From: Protoeuglena noctilucae
Taxonomy: Eukaryota
Assembly (NCBI GenBank): GCA_958009085.1
Contig: OY253675.1
Coordinates: 868,001 to 932,000 of the forward strand
Reading direction: 5' to 3'
Length of the DNA stretch: 64,000 nt
Made by a program: the position numbers and the translations under genes. Positions 47,361 through 59,500 of this stretch are shown here, piece by piece; position 1 is the stretch's first letter; each line of letters starts with the position of its first letter. The notes under the pieces are model-generated. The model saw nothing but the letters and a program-made list of their open reading frames with translations, made no database searches and was not told the origin of the DNA.

Positions 47361-49854
47361 ATGGAGTCGTACCCCGCGGACGGTGCACGCCTAGGCGACG
47401 CAGCGCCCGCGCTGGAGGGCGACGGCATCGCGTCGCGTCTGCTGCTCGAGGACTTGATTGTGTACAATGCGCTCGAGTCGGCTTTAATCGAATCCCGGGC
47501 ATTCCTGGCCAAGGAGGACGCCCGCTCCCGTCCCTCCGCTCCCAGGTCTTGTCGCCGCGCGGGGCTGCGGGTGCGCTGCGCTCACAGCCAACCGGGGACG
47601 GTGTCCCTGACCAGTCTCCGTGGCGCCCCTACCCTCGCAGGGGACTCTCCGGGCGGGGCTCCACGGCGTCTGCGTCGCTGTCGCTTTCCCGGCGTCCAGC
47701 GTTCGAGACGCCCGGCCCTTCGACTGCCATCACGGACAGCCCTGGCTCCTCTGCCGTGCCACCTGCGTCAGCTCGACCAGACACGAGGGCCCCGCGCCCC
47801 CGCGCCCCACGGGATGCGCTGTCTCCGATCGCCCATGCCGAGGACGACGTCCTCGAGAGCCGCCTCCTGAACGCGCTGGACCGCCTCCAGCGCGTGTGTG
47901 GCGGGCTGGAGGACGTGGCGAGGCACCGCTCGCCCGTGCGTGACATGCCCCGGCGCGACGGGGAGGTGCCGGGAGGCGAGCGGGTGGAGGATGGCGTCGA
48001 GAGAAGCCGTGGCAGCGCCGGTCAGGTCAATGACTTGGGTGCGCATTGCCACGCTCCGGAGCCCGTCAAGGCCACGTACGGGGTGTCTGTACCCGCGGGC
48101 GCCGTGGACTCGTGGGCCGCTGCGGCCGGCCCTTCTTTCACGGAGCGCATCGACAGCGTTTACCGCAGCATACAGGTGACGCTCGATGGCATACGCAGGG
48201 GCCGTGCCGGTGGCTCTTTGGGGAAAGGGTGGCGTTTTTATAAGGGTCTACCGGGGCCTTTGCAGGCTCCAAAGTTGCGGCGACTGGAGGAGGAGCTGCG
48301 AGCCACACGGGCGGATCTGCGGGCGGTGGCCCGCCCAGCTCCGGCGAGGGTGCCCGAGGAGGCGGGGGACGTGGAGGCGGCCATCGCCCGCATCGCCGAC
48401 CTGCTGCGGGGATCTCGAGAGTCACGTGCCCGGCAGGCGCAGGACCGACTGCTCCGGACCCTGGGGACGTCGTACGGCCGGCCCGTCTTCGTCACCGATG
48501 CGGTGCCGGCGCCGTGGGAGGCGGCGGACCACCCGGACCGCGTCCCGCGTCATCCCTTCTACCACCACCTGCCGGCGCCCGTGACGGGCGGGTTCGCAGA
48601 CAGGGCATGGCTCCGAGATCGACAAGGTGCGCATGGGCCCATGGCACCACGCGTTGCCGCAGCATGTGCGCGCCACCGATTCCAACTGCCGTGCACCACC
48701 GTCCATCGCTATTCCTGCCCGACACGCTGCAGGAGATGGCGCCTCTGCATCTTCTCACTCGTCTCAGTCGATGGACGTCCCAGCGGTCCCAAGCCGCACC
48801 CTCCTGGCGTCCACGCCGTCTGCCAGGCCGACCGACCATGGACCCAGCCACGACGAAGACCAGGCGTTCCACGGAGTGACATGGCCGCAACATGCGACCC
48901 ACCCGGCGGACTTGCATGGTCTCGCGGTGCCATCCACCCCAAGAGTCGACGAGCACAGTTCCCAGGCGGAGCAAAAGTCTTTCCATGGCGCCCGCCCCAC
49001 GCGTCCCACTGCTAGCCTCCCGGACGCTGCCAGCCCGCCCCGCGTCGGGAGGGTGCGGACTGCCTCCGCCGTGCGCTCCGCCCCGGCCTCTCCCGCGCCC
49101 ACCGTGCTGCAAGGAGCGCTGCGCCTGCGGGGAGGGGCCCCCAGCGCCACCGCCTTCAGCGGCCGCCAGTGGGCGTCATATTTGGGATCGAGCTCGCGGT
49201 CGCTCGGCTGGGCATCGCCGAGCGTGCCTGGGACCAGCGCAGCACACATGCGGGCTGGCACCTCGTCCCTCTCCACCCACACCGTGTCTGCTTTGCCACC
49301 GAGGGTGCCGCCAGCCGGGATGGCAGCCTCCTCGTCAGGGGTGCGGAAGGCCCCCGCTGCCCTTCCCGTGGCCCCGCCGTCCCCTGTGCGCCCTGCCCGG
49401 CGCCCGGAGGTGGCGGGCCACGTGACCTTCCAACTCCAGGGGTCCTCCGAGTCGCGTGGCCTCGACACCGCGGCCGGACTCACCCACGGGTCTAGCCACG
49501 TTGCCCACCCCAAAAACGCCATCCGGGTCCCAGCCAAGCGCCCCCTGGACGTGGCACCACCCAAGGGCTCCTTCGTGGCCTCGGCCCTCCACGACTCGAG
49601 GGACGCGTCTTTCTCGTTCCCTGGGCGGCCCCGCCACGCGGCGTCGTCATCCGCGGTGAGCTGCGTCAGCATCAGGGCGTGCTGGGGAGCGTGGTGCGGG
49701 TCACGCGTGACGCTTGCAACACCCCTGACCTCCCCAGGCCCAGCTCCGGACGGCGGTGGGATCGACTCTGCAGAGCTGGGAGGAAAGGATTCGTCGCCTC
49801 GAGAGCGACCCCGACGACCTGTCCGACAGTGACAGGGAGCAGGGCCGTGCGTGA
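47361..49854 (+). CDS. Hypothetical protein with short helical/coiled-coil segments and a Ser/Pro-rich body, about 5 exons
   Basis: Exons join in phase through GT-AG introns (LLLEDLIVYNALESALIE; LRRLEEELRATRADL; LQSWEERIRRLESD). TGTAA lies about 70 nt after the stop. No family recognised. Confidence 0.6.
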
Positions 49855-50011
49855 CGGCCAGTTGACTCCCCATGCGTTAAAGCGCCGTCGTCCTAACTTG
49901 CATGTGCTACAAACGGGGCGATGCCTGTAAAACACGACATAGACACAAGAAACCGTCACATCATGGCCCGATGGCCCTCTCAAGCTCGCCATCTCCTCTC
50001 CTTCGCCCTGC

Positions 50012-53000
50012 TCATGCCAGGTGCTTGTACATCCGGTCAATCTGCTTCTCGAACGCCTTGACCGCCTGCTGCCGCTTGATCTTGAAGGTCGGCGTGAGGA
50101 GCCCGTTCTCCACCGAAAAGGGCTCGGGGACCAGCGTCACGGCCGCCACCTGCTCAAAACCACGCAGCTCGGCCGCCCGGCCCTCCTGCAGCAGCGCCTG
50201 CAGCACGCCGCTCACGGCGATCTTGTCCCTGGGAAGAGGGGCGTTGAGTGAGTGACACTGGGACGTCTACAGGGGGCGCGCTCCGGCCCCAGCCCCGTCG
50301 TGGCAGAGACACGGACACGCACCGGCACAGCGCCGCCAGGTCCCCGCCCAGCCCCTGCCGCTTGGCCCACGGCAGGAAGACCTCCGGGTCCGGCACGGCG
50401 ATGGCGACCAGGGTGGGCCGCAGCGAGTCCCCGTGCACGAAGCACTGCTGCACCAGGGGGCACCGCTGGTACACCTGCTCGATCTTCTCTGGGGCGATGT
50501 ACTCCCCCTGGGCGAGCTGCGAGGGGGGGGCAGGGGGGCATAAAGATGGTGAGAATGAAGTCGGGTGCGGGTGGTCACGAACCTGGGCTATCCACTCCTT
50601 CACCTTGAAGATGTTCTTCTTGCGATCGATGATCTTGAGCCGGCCGCCCTGGATCCACGTGCCCACGTCCCCCGTGTGCAGCCACCCGTCGGCGTCCATC
50701 ACGTCCCGCGTCTGCCCCTCGTCCTTGAAATAGCCCTGGAACACGGCCGGGCCCCGCACGCAGATCTCCCCCCGGGGGAAGGGCCGGTCCAGGTTGGTGT
50801 AGCCCATCTCTGGGATGTCGTCGAGCTTCACCTCCATCGACGGCGTGGGGCCACCCACGTGGCCGACGATGGGGTCGCCGGGCTCGGTCTGAAGGGGCCA
50901 CGAGGCATAGGCGGATGGGGCGGGGAGGAAAGCGAGCGCAGGGCCTGGGGCCCACGACCCCCGCGGGCTCACCAGCGTGATGACGCAGGAAGACTCGGTC
51001 ATGCCGTAACCCTCCATGATCTCCGGGCAGAAGCACACGCGGAGGAAGTTGAACACGGCGGGGCTGATGGGGGATGCGCCTGTTGAGGGCGAGGCTCAGT
51101 TGGTCATGGATGGGAAGTCTCCTGGGTAAGCTGCCGGCACACCATGTCGCAGTTCATGCAAGGGTACGGGTGTCAGCACCCGAATGCCCGCATGCCAGCT
51201 CGGGTGCCTCACCCGTGATCATGAGGCGCACGCGGCCGCCCAGGCGCTGGCGGATCTTGGAGAAGACCAGGCGGTCCCACATGGCGTCTGCACGCGAGAG
51301 AACGCAGTCATTTGGAATTCCATGGCAGCGAGAGCGCATCAGGTGGCCGGCCAGCTCCACGGGATGCGTCACCAATGACGCCCGAGGGCCGCTGCCCCCG
51401 CTCGATGCCCCGCAGTCGGTTCTGGAAGGCCGTGTCGAAGAGCAGCTTGGCGATCTGCCCAGACTCGGAGACGGCCGCCATGACCTTGTCTGCAAGGGAG
51501 GGCTCGGAGGCACTCGTGCCAGGACGGGCAAGGTGTGACCGGGGTGCATGCAGCGTGTTTGCCCATGTCGGGTGGCGCTCACCATAGATGCGGTTCCAGA
51601 GGCGCGGAACGGAGGCGAAGATGGTGGGCTTCAGGGCCTGGATGTCCTCCACCAGCGTCAGCACGTCCCCTCGGTAGAAGCCAATGCCGCATCCACGGGC
51701 GACCTGCGAGCCACGCGGGGCGAGGGCGTGCGAGTCGACATGGCGTCGTCATCGTCTTTGACAGGCAACTGTCCACCAGGGAGCAAAACACTTGGAGGCA
51801 AGAGGCCCTCTCACGAGGCAGACTTGGTTGATGCGCTCGTAGATGTGCGCGAGGGGGAGGTAGGAGATGTACGTGTCCGTCGGCAGCAGCTCAGTGTACC
51901 CCTCGAGCCCGGCGGCATTGGCGATCAAATTGCCGTGCGTGAGGACCACGCCCTTGGGGACCCCGGTCGTGCCGCTCGTGTAGCAGATCGTGTGGATGTC
52001 AGACGCGTCTGCAGTCACGTGCGCGGCATCTCTTGCCACAGTGCTCTGCAGGGCGGGGCTGGGTCCGGCGCCACGCATCAGTCCACTGGGCTGCGCATAC
52101 TTCATTAGCACCCGCGCCTCACCTGGCGGGATGTGGAGTGCGGGGCTCCGCTGACCCATCTCCCTTGCTGCCTCGAGGCTCAGCACACGGCAGCGACCAC
52201 CCGCGATCATGCTGGGCAGAGTAGCGCCTTCAGACCCCCAGACGACCACGTGACGCACTGCGGAGGGGTGCGAGGCTCAGGCATGGCAGTCGCGTCGCCC
52301 CTCGTGTGGTGGCCCCGTCACGCAAAGCCGTAGCAGGTCCCACCTGTGGGGCACTCATCGATGCACTGGAGCAAGATGGGGAAGACCTGCGGGAAGGAAG
52401 CAGCGAAGAGACATGAAGCACCTCGGGCACAGAGATGGCATGAGCTTCGCCTCTCAGCTCTGCGCTGGCAGGACACTCGCCTGAGCGGAGCAGGTGACGA
52501 GGGTGAGCTCGGCGTGGGAGCAAATGTAACGGACGGCGTCGGACCCGAGCGTGTCATAGAGGGGGACGGTGATGATGGACTGGGATGCGCTGCGTTGGAG
52601 GGGATGCGCGAGCAGGTGGGAACCTGCTGCATAGGGATGCCGGCGGTGGGGCACGACGGCCAGCCTTGGCTCACCACGCAGCGTCGATGAGCACCCACTC
52701 GGGGGAATTGATGCCGTAGATACCGACGGTGGAGCGCGGGTGCAGCCCCAAATGCTGCAGGCAGCTCCCGAGCTCGTCCCGAGCGCGCCCCGCATCCCGG
52801 TAGCTCATCCACGTGTAAGTATCGCCCTTGCGCACCCCCAGATATGGCTGGTCCCCGTGTCGGCGGAGCGCGTTCTCCAGGAGGTCGTACATGGTGCGGA
52901 CGTGTTCCAGCGGGGGGTCAAAGCGCGCCTTGAGGCGGTCTGGCGTCCTCCAGTGGCGTCGCACCTTCCATGGGCCCTAAACAGCACAAATCGTTGGCCA

Positions 53001-53301
53001 AGATCCACACCGGCCCGGCCGGGAGGCGAGCATCGCGATGCGTGTCCCCGGTCAGCCAGGAGCTGCCGCCACACGCGGTGCGCGAAGGAGCGCGGGACAG
53101 CGACAGCATCGCGAGGTCCATCAACGTATCGAGTGAGCGTGGGAAGCGTTTGTGACCCTGTTCAATGCGTCCCGCGTCGCAGACAATGCATCACGCACGC
53201 ACCTCCGTGGACAGCTTCTCCGGGAGGACCTGCGTGTATGTGAAGCCCGGAGACGCGGGACCAGCAGGCTGATCTCGCGGTACGATCGTCTGCACGCTCA
53301 T
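50012..53301 (-). CDS. LACS: Long-chain acyl-CoA synthetase (LACS6/7-like clade), 12 exons
   Basis: VPLYDTLG; AMP-binding [79 protein letters not shown]. Confidence 0.96.
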
Positions 53302-53510
53302 GGCGTCTCCTCCGGCCTAGACCCGATGCGACGGCGTTCCGGAGTTTCCCCCACCGAAAGGGGTCGTATTCCACGTTGCTTTCGCTGGTATGGCGGACAC
53401 AATCGACAACGTGACTCGATTTCAAACAAATTCGAACGCCAGCAGCCCGCTGCGGCGAGTCTCGACGCGCAGGGGCCCCCCGGTCAGGCCCAGTCAGACC
53501 AAGGGTGGGG

Positions 53511-56115
53511 TCAGGCGTTCCACGCGGGCTGCTCGGCCACGCTCTCCTTGTCCGTGTCGTCACTGGTGCCCCCATCCTCGAACGCCTCCGGCCTCACCGT
53601 CGTGTCCATCACGACCTGCGTGCTCAGGACGGCCTCTGAATGCCGCCCACGAGCCCAGAGCGCCGACCACGCAGCCGCGGACGGCATCTCACCTCCCAGC
53701 CGTCGCACTTGTCCAGGTTGACGCGCCACAGGTCGTCCAGCGTCACCTCCCGGCTCTTCTCGCCGTCCCCCACCTCCACGATGCCGCCGTACAGCCACAG
53801 GTCGCTCCCGCTGACCGCCAAGTGGGCGTTGATACGACCCCGCGGCCGAGGAGCGTCCCGACTCCCCGGATCGACACCGTACGACGCTGGCGAATACAGG
53901 AGCTCCGACACGACGCCCCCCACCCTGCGACACGTGACGTGTTGGGTCTTCTGGGCAGAGCTCCAACTCACTTCGCAAGCCGGCAAGGTCTGACCCGCCA
54001 GGCTCACCGGTATGCGATGTAAGCCTTGCGCACGACGTATCCCCGGAAGCGGGCCTGGATCTTCACCGCCGCCTCGTGCTTGCGGCCGCCCGAGCTCCCC
54101 GGCTCGTCCACGTCCATGTCGTCCTCCTGCCGCTCCCTGCCCTCGTCCCCTTCGCCCCCGCCTTCGCCGTCCTTCCCCTTGCGTCGACGTCGCTTCTGCC
54201 CCTGCAATCGCAGCGCCGAGAGGCCAAGCACATTGGCGGCGGTGACCCACTGTGGAGTGCAGTGCAGGTCGGGTCGGAAGCCAATCCAAGGCCGCTCCTG
54301 CGCATGGTGCCCCTTGCCTGGTCTGGCCTCGGAGGACGGATGTCCAGAGGGAACCATCGCCTGGTGGCGTACACGAACGAGTAGACCTCGCTGCAAGGAA
54401 GGCGATGGGGTGCCTTGGCCCGAGACCTAGCCAACACCGCACCCTCGCACGCAGACGCGAGTGAGCTGTCGCTGCACTCACTTGTAGAACTCCGAGACCA
54501 TGAGGTCTCCGTCCCTCCCCGCGTCGGCGTCAGACACCCCCCCAAACAGCACCGCCCGCTTCTTGTGCTGCACCATCCCGAAACCCGACCGAGGCCCTGA
54601 GGAGAGGGAGCAGCAGATCGCTCCAAACACGTGGGCGCTAGTTGCTAGGCGCAAGGGACCAGTCGACCAACGAGGCATGGGCCCTCACCGGGTGCCATGC
54701 CCTGCCGGGCGGCCTTCTCCCATCGCCAGTCCTTCAGATTGAGCACCCACATGTCCGTGTGCACCTTGGCCCTCTCAATCTCCTTGTCCTCGTCGTCGGG
54801 CTCCCGGTAGTAACCCCCGTACAGGTACAGGGAGTCCCCGAACACGGTCATCTGGCAGCCGCTCCTTGGGCTGCGGGCAGCATGCAGTAGAGCACGGCGT
54901 CGGCGAGCGCCATCAGCGCCCTCGAACGGTGGATGCCCTCTCTTAACGCACCTGGGCCCCGTGGCGGGGTCGCCGACGCTCTCCCACCGGTTGAGCGTCA
55001 TGTCAAACACCCACAGGTCGTTGTAGTATTTGATCGTGTCCCCCGTGTCGTAGAAGCCTCCGAAAAGGACGATGAGGTGCTTGTACACCGCCATACGGTG
55101 GCCGGACCGCGCTGACGGCCCGCCCTTGCAGGGGATCTGTGCCCACACTTGCTGCTCCAAGTCCAGCTTCCAGAGGTCCCGGAAGTGATGGAACTGCAAA
55201 CGGAAGACGGGGTCGACGGGTGAAGTGGCAAGTGCGTGGACTAGCTGTAAGCATGTTGCTTCCAGCCCCTGTCGGCGAGCAAATACGTGCCCCAGGGTGC
55301 CCCTTGCCTTGGTTTGGTTCGGCGACGTAAACTCCCCCCCGAAGATGTACATGAAGCCTTTGAACAGCACCGCCTGGTGGGCGCTGCGGGCCTGGGGACC
55401 CCCGGGGATGAGGACGCGGCTCCACTGGCGCGCGCCCACATCGTAGCGGAAAAGGTCGCCGTAGACGTAGGTCTGCGGACACGTGCAGGTACCCACGGCA
55501 TCTCGGGAACCGTAATGTCGGCCGCTGCACCCGAACAGCAGCACGCAGGCCGGCCCATGCCGAGGGTCGCACACCCCCCTGCCAGTCACCCACCTTGTCG
55601 TTAGCGGCGTCGTAAAACTCGCCGCCGTAGATGATGAGCTCGTGCTTGGCCGAGCGGCCCTCCCCGGAGCTGTGGGCCACCAGCGATGCGTTGACGCGGG
55701 GGCTCGGGGCGGGTGTGTCCGTCTCCACGATTACCTGCGGGGATCAAGAGCTGGCGCTCGCGGGGACGCCGGCTGCCTCTTGAGGATGCGCGCGTCGCCG
55801 GGCGGTCGTGGCGCACCCACCTGAGTGCGCCGCTTGTCTTCCATAGCCAGGGCAGCCAGGATGGCGTCCACATCGTCCTCGTCGCCGTCCAGCAGGCGCG
55901 CCGCACGCCGCTCCTCTTTCTCGACGCGCTTCGCGGTTTTGTCTGTAAGGCAGGGGTTTCGGGAGGATCGACGAGGAAGCGCGCGTGCAGAGGTCGGTCC
56001 CCACCGCGGAGGGGCCTGGCCACCGCGCACGCGCGCACGCACTGGCCGTCTTCTGGGCGCCAAGGCCTGCCGGCTTTGGATTCTTCTTCTTGCGCTTGTC
56101 CCTGCCAGTGCCCAT
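53511..56115 (-). CDS. KLHDC4: Kelch domain-containing protein 4 (Kel3-like) with an inserted IQ motif, 10 exons
   Basis: Basic N-terminus; PSPRVNASL; LIIYGGEFY; FGGEFTSPNQTKFHHFRDLW; PSARSGHRM; YYNDLW; REVTLDDLW. Confidence 0.92.
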
Positions 56116-56512
56116 GTGGGGACGGAGAAAGCGCGAGCGATGGCCCGCACTGAAAGCGGTGGTTCCCGCTTGTATGCAATAAGCGATGCCGAATCCAGGA
56201 CGCTCGGCGGAAATGCAAACAATCACCATGTATGCTGGCAGCGCAGCCACGCCGCCACATCCATCAGCCGCCTTGCTCCGGCACGCCAGTCGCTGGCAGG
56301 GGCGCTGCCGATGCTCACGGCTGGAGGGATGGTGGGGGGTGGCGGCAGTCCACAGCAACGCCAAGTTTGTGACGTGTTCATAGAACCAGTACCCACCCCA
56401 AGCATTGGACAGTCGCAGCGCCGCGACACACAGTTGCAGCGTCTGTCCGGGAGTGCGTTGTGGAATTGGGAGGCTGCGCCTGTCGGTACTCGTGGACGGA
56501 ACGTAGGTCGAC

Positions 56513-59500
56513 ATGGGGAAGAAGACGAAGAAGGGAAAGGGACGGCTGGATAAGTACTACCACCTCGCCAAGGAGCAGGGGTGCGTGACGGGCCGCCGGC
56601 GCACATTGCCGCCGCCAGCGCCGCTGGGGAGGCTGCAACGTGGGCAAATAGATACAGTAATTCTTGACCAGAATATGGCTGTGCTTGTTTGGTCACTCGC
56701 GGCGCCCTCGCGCGGCGGGTGGGCACAATGGCGGCAGCGGCCTAGCGCGCCGAGGCGGTCGCACGACGCGCGAGCCGCGAGCCTTCGTGACTCATCCAAC
56801 GAAGTGGCTACGTCATGAAGCGCTTGCATAGGCCAGCCTCGGTCCAACACAGGCCGTAATCGCTGCGCGCATCCACCCTAACCCATAAACACACGCTTCG
56901 CTCCGTCCGCGTTGTCTCTCCGCAGGTACCGATCGCGTGCGGCATTCAAGCTCATTCAGCTCAATAGAAAGTACCAGTTCCTGGAGAGTTCGCGGTCGCT
57001 GCTGGACCTGTGCGCAGCGCCGGGGGGATGGCTGCAGGTTGCGGCTAAGACCATGCCCGCCTCTTCCCTCATCCTCGGAATCGACCTCGTCCCCATCCGC
57101 CCGATCCGGTGAGTCCCTCGCCTCGCGGCCTCTTGCGTTGCGCCCTGTGATCCTCGTGGACGGCGCGGGGGAGGTCCCACCGCGCAGATGCCGTCAATGT
57201 GCAGCTTGCCTTTCGCTCGCAGGGGGGTCGTCACGCTGCAGGGAGACATCACGACGCAGAAAGCGCGGCAAGATATCAAGCGGGAGGCCAAGGGCGCGCT
57301 GTTCGATACCGTGGTCCACGATGGCGCCCCAAACGTGGGCGGGGCATGGACATCCGAGGCATACAGCCAGGCGGCTCTGGTCCTCGACTCGCTGAAGCTC
57401 GCCACCGAACATCTCAAGCCTGGTGGCACCTTTGTGACGAAAGTGTTCCGGTCGCGTGAGTACACGGCGCTGCTGTACGCCCTAAACCAGCTTTTCGAGC
57501 GCGTGGAGGCCACGAAGCCGCCTTCCTCGCGTAACACCTCCGCTGAGATCTTCGTCGTCGGTCTGAAGGTGACTGGGTGTGCTACAGAACCTGCAGAGAT
57601 TCGATAAGAAAGCGTCCTGAAAGCGCAGCGCAGCGCATAGAAGCACCTCAGACTGCCATGCATGTCGTGGTTGCGCAGTACAAAGCACCCGCCAAGATCG
57701 ACCCGCGTCTGCTCGATCACAAGGTCCTGTTCCAAGAGGTGGAGGAGGCGCCTCGAAACATGGGCCCGGACGCGCTGGTAAGCATCGAAGCTGCAATGTC
57801 AAAATAGATTTTTGTAACGTGCTTTGTTTGGATCTCGAGGGTTTGGACACACGGGGTGTAGGTGCAAGGACTGGCCACCTCCCTCTTCACTGCCGTTCAC
57901 CCTGCCCTCCCTCCCACAGCTGAAAATGAAAGCCAAGCAGCGGCGTTTCCGTGAGGGGTACGAGGACGGCATTTCGACGACACACAAGGCCATGAGCGCA
58001 GCTACGTTCATCCTGAGGCAAGCGTTTAGCATCTGCCGGCAGCGCGACGGATTGTTTGGCTGGACAGGCTCTGATGACCGGTCGCGACGCCCCCTTGCCT
58101 GCAGCGAGAGTCCGGTCGAGCTGCTGGGCAAGCACACGCAAATCCTGCTCGATGGCCCGCAATCCGAGACCGTGGCGGAGCCCGCGAGCGATGGGGATAC
58201 GCAGAAGACCTCGCTGGGGCGCCCCGAGGAAGCCGCACGGGTAGCAGAGCTGGCGAGGACGAGCGACGCAACGACGACAGAAGTCCGCAGCCTTTGTGGG
58301 GACCTGCAGGTGCTTGGGCGCTCGGAGCTGAAGCAGCTGCTCCGGTGGCGCTTGGCGCTTCGGCGGCATGTGGACAAGTGGCGCAAGGATGCCGACAAGG
58401 TTGAGGCGGACGGGCTGAAAGAGGGGGAAGCTGCGGATGGTGAGGGGGAAGTACAAATGCAGAGGTGGATAAAAATGCGACGCCGACGCGTGATGCCCGT
58501 CGCAAACGGGGACATACGAGAGTATGTGGTGCCTCTCACTTTTCGCAGTTACGCCGGAAGGGATGGATGCTGGGGAAGCGGCGCTGCTGAAGGAGATGGC
58601 GGAGGTGAAGCGCAGGATGGAGGAGCGCCAGAAGCGGGACCGCAAGCGGCGGAGGGAGACGAAGAAGAAGGCAAAGATTCGGGCGGCTCAGGCCCGCATG
58701 GTTGGCGGCGGGGACCGGGACATGGAGCTGTTCGACCTCAAGGAGATCAAGAGTCGAAAGAACGTCCAGGCGGTGACGGAGGCGCCCATGCCTGAGGTAA
58801 GGGGACGGGCTCTGCGAGGCAGTCGAGTGGCTCTGCGAGAATGCGCAACAAAGGGCTTGTTCTTTGTTTCGTCAGAGCGGGGAGGTGGAGGAGTCTGAGT
58901 CGGAGAAGGAGGACATGTCTGATTATGGGGGGAGTGACAGCAGCGAGGAAATGGCCAGCGAGGAAGAGGACCAGCTCAGGCAAGAAGAGCTCAGAGCCTG
59001 TTCGCCAAGGCACGTCAAGAAAGATTGAGAACTCCGACCGACGTCTTGTATGCACTTACCAAACCATTTTCTGTTCAACAATCTCCAGGTACGAGGCACT
59101 GATGGAGGAGTACCTCGAGCGGGGCTATCGAGAGCAAGCAGTGAAGCAGGGGACGCTGTACAAGGGGGAGGGTGACCGGGTCGCACTGCCCAAGCACCGC
59201 CTCGACGACGATGGGGAGCTCGGGCAGGATGGAATGGGGGACGCCGAGGCGGTCGCGCTGAAAGCAGCTGAGGTCGCGAAGGTAAGCTCGTGAAAGCCTG
59301 CATTGGCTGGATGAGTGGGAATGCACAGCATGAGAGATGTCAGCGCTGGCAGACTTGAGGAAGCCGGTGCTACTGTACCCCTCCTTGTGTTTCCTTGCAG
59401 CGTTTAAAGCGCCCACGGCGAGAGGAGGAGGAGGATGGAGGCCTGGTTGTCACGTTTGACGAGCGCAAGGCGGGCATCCCATCAACGAAGGCAGCCATGG

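Noticed and set aside
51370..51390. Possible GC donor in LACS (TCGG|GCGTCA)
   Set aside because: The canonical ATTG|GTGACG donor gives the same phase, so it was not counted.
23514..53301. Lipid gene cluster (FAB2 and LACS)
   Set aside because: They are about 24 kb apart with unrelated housekeeping genes between them.
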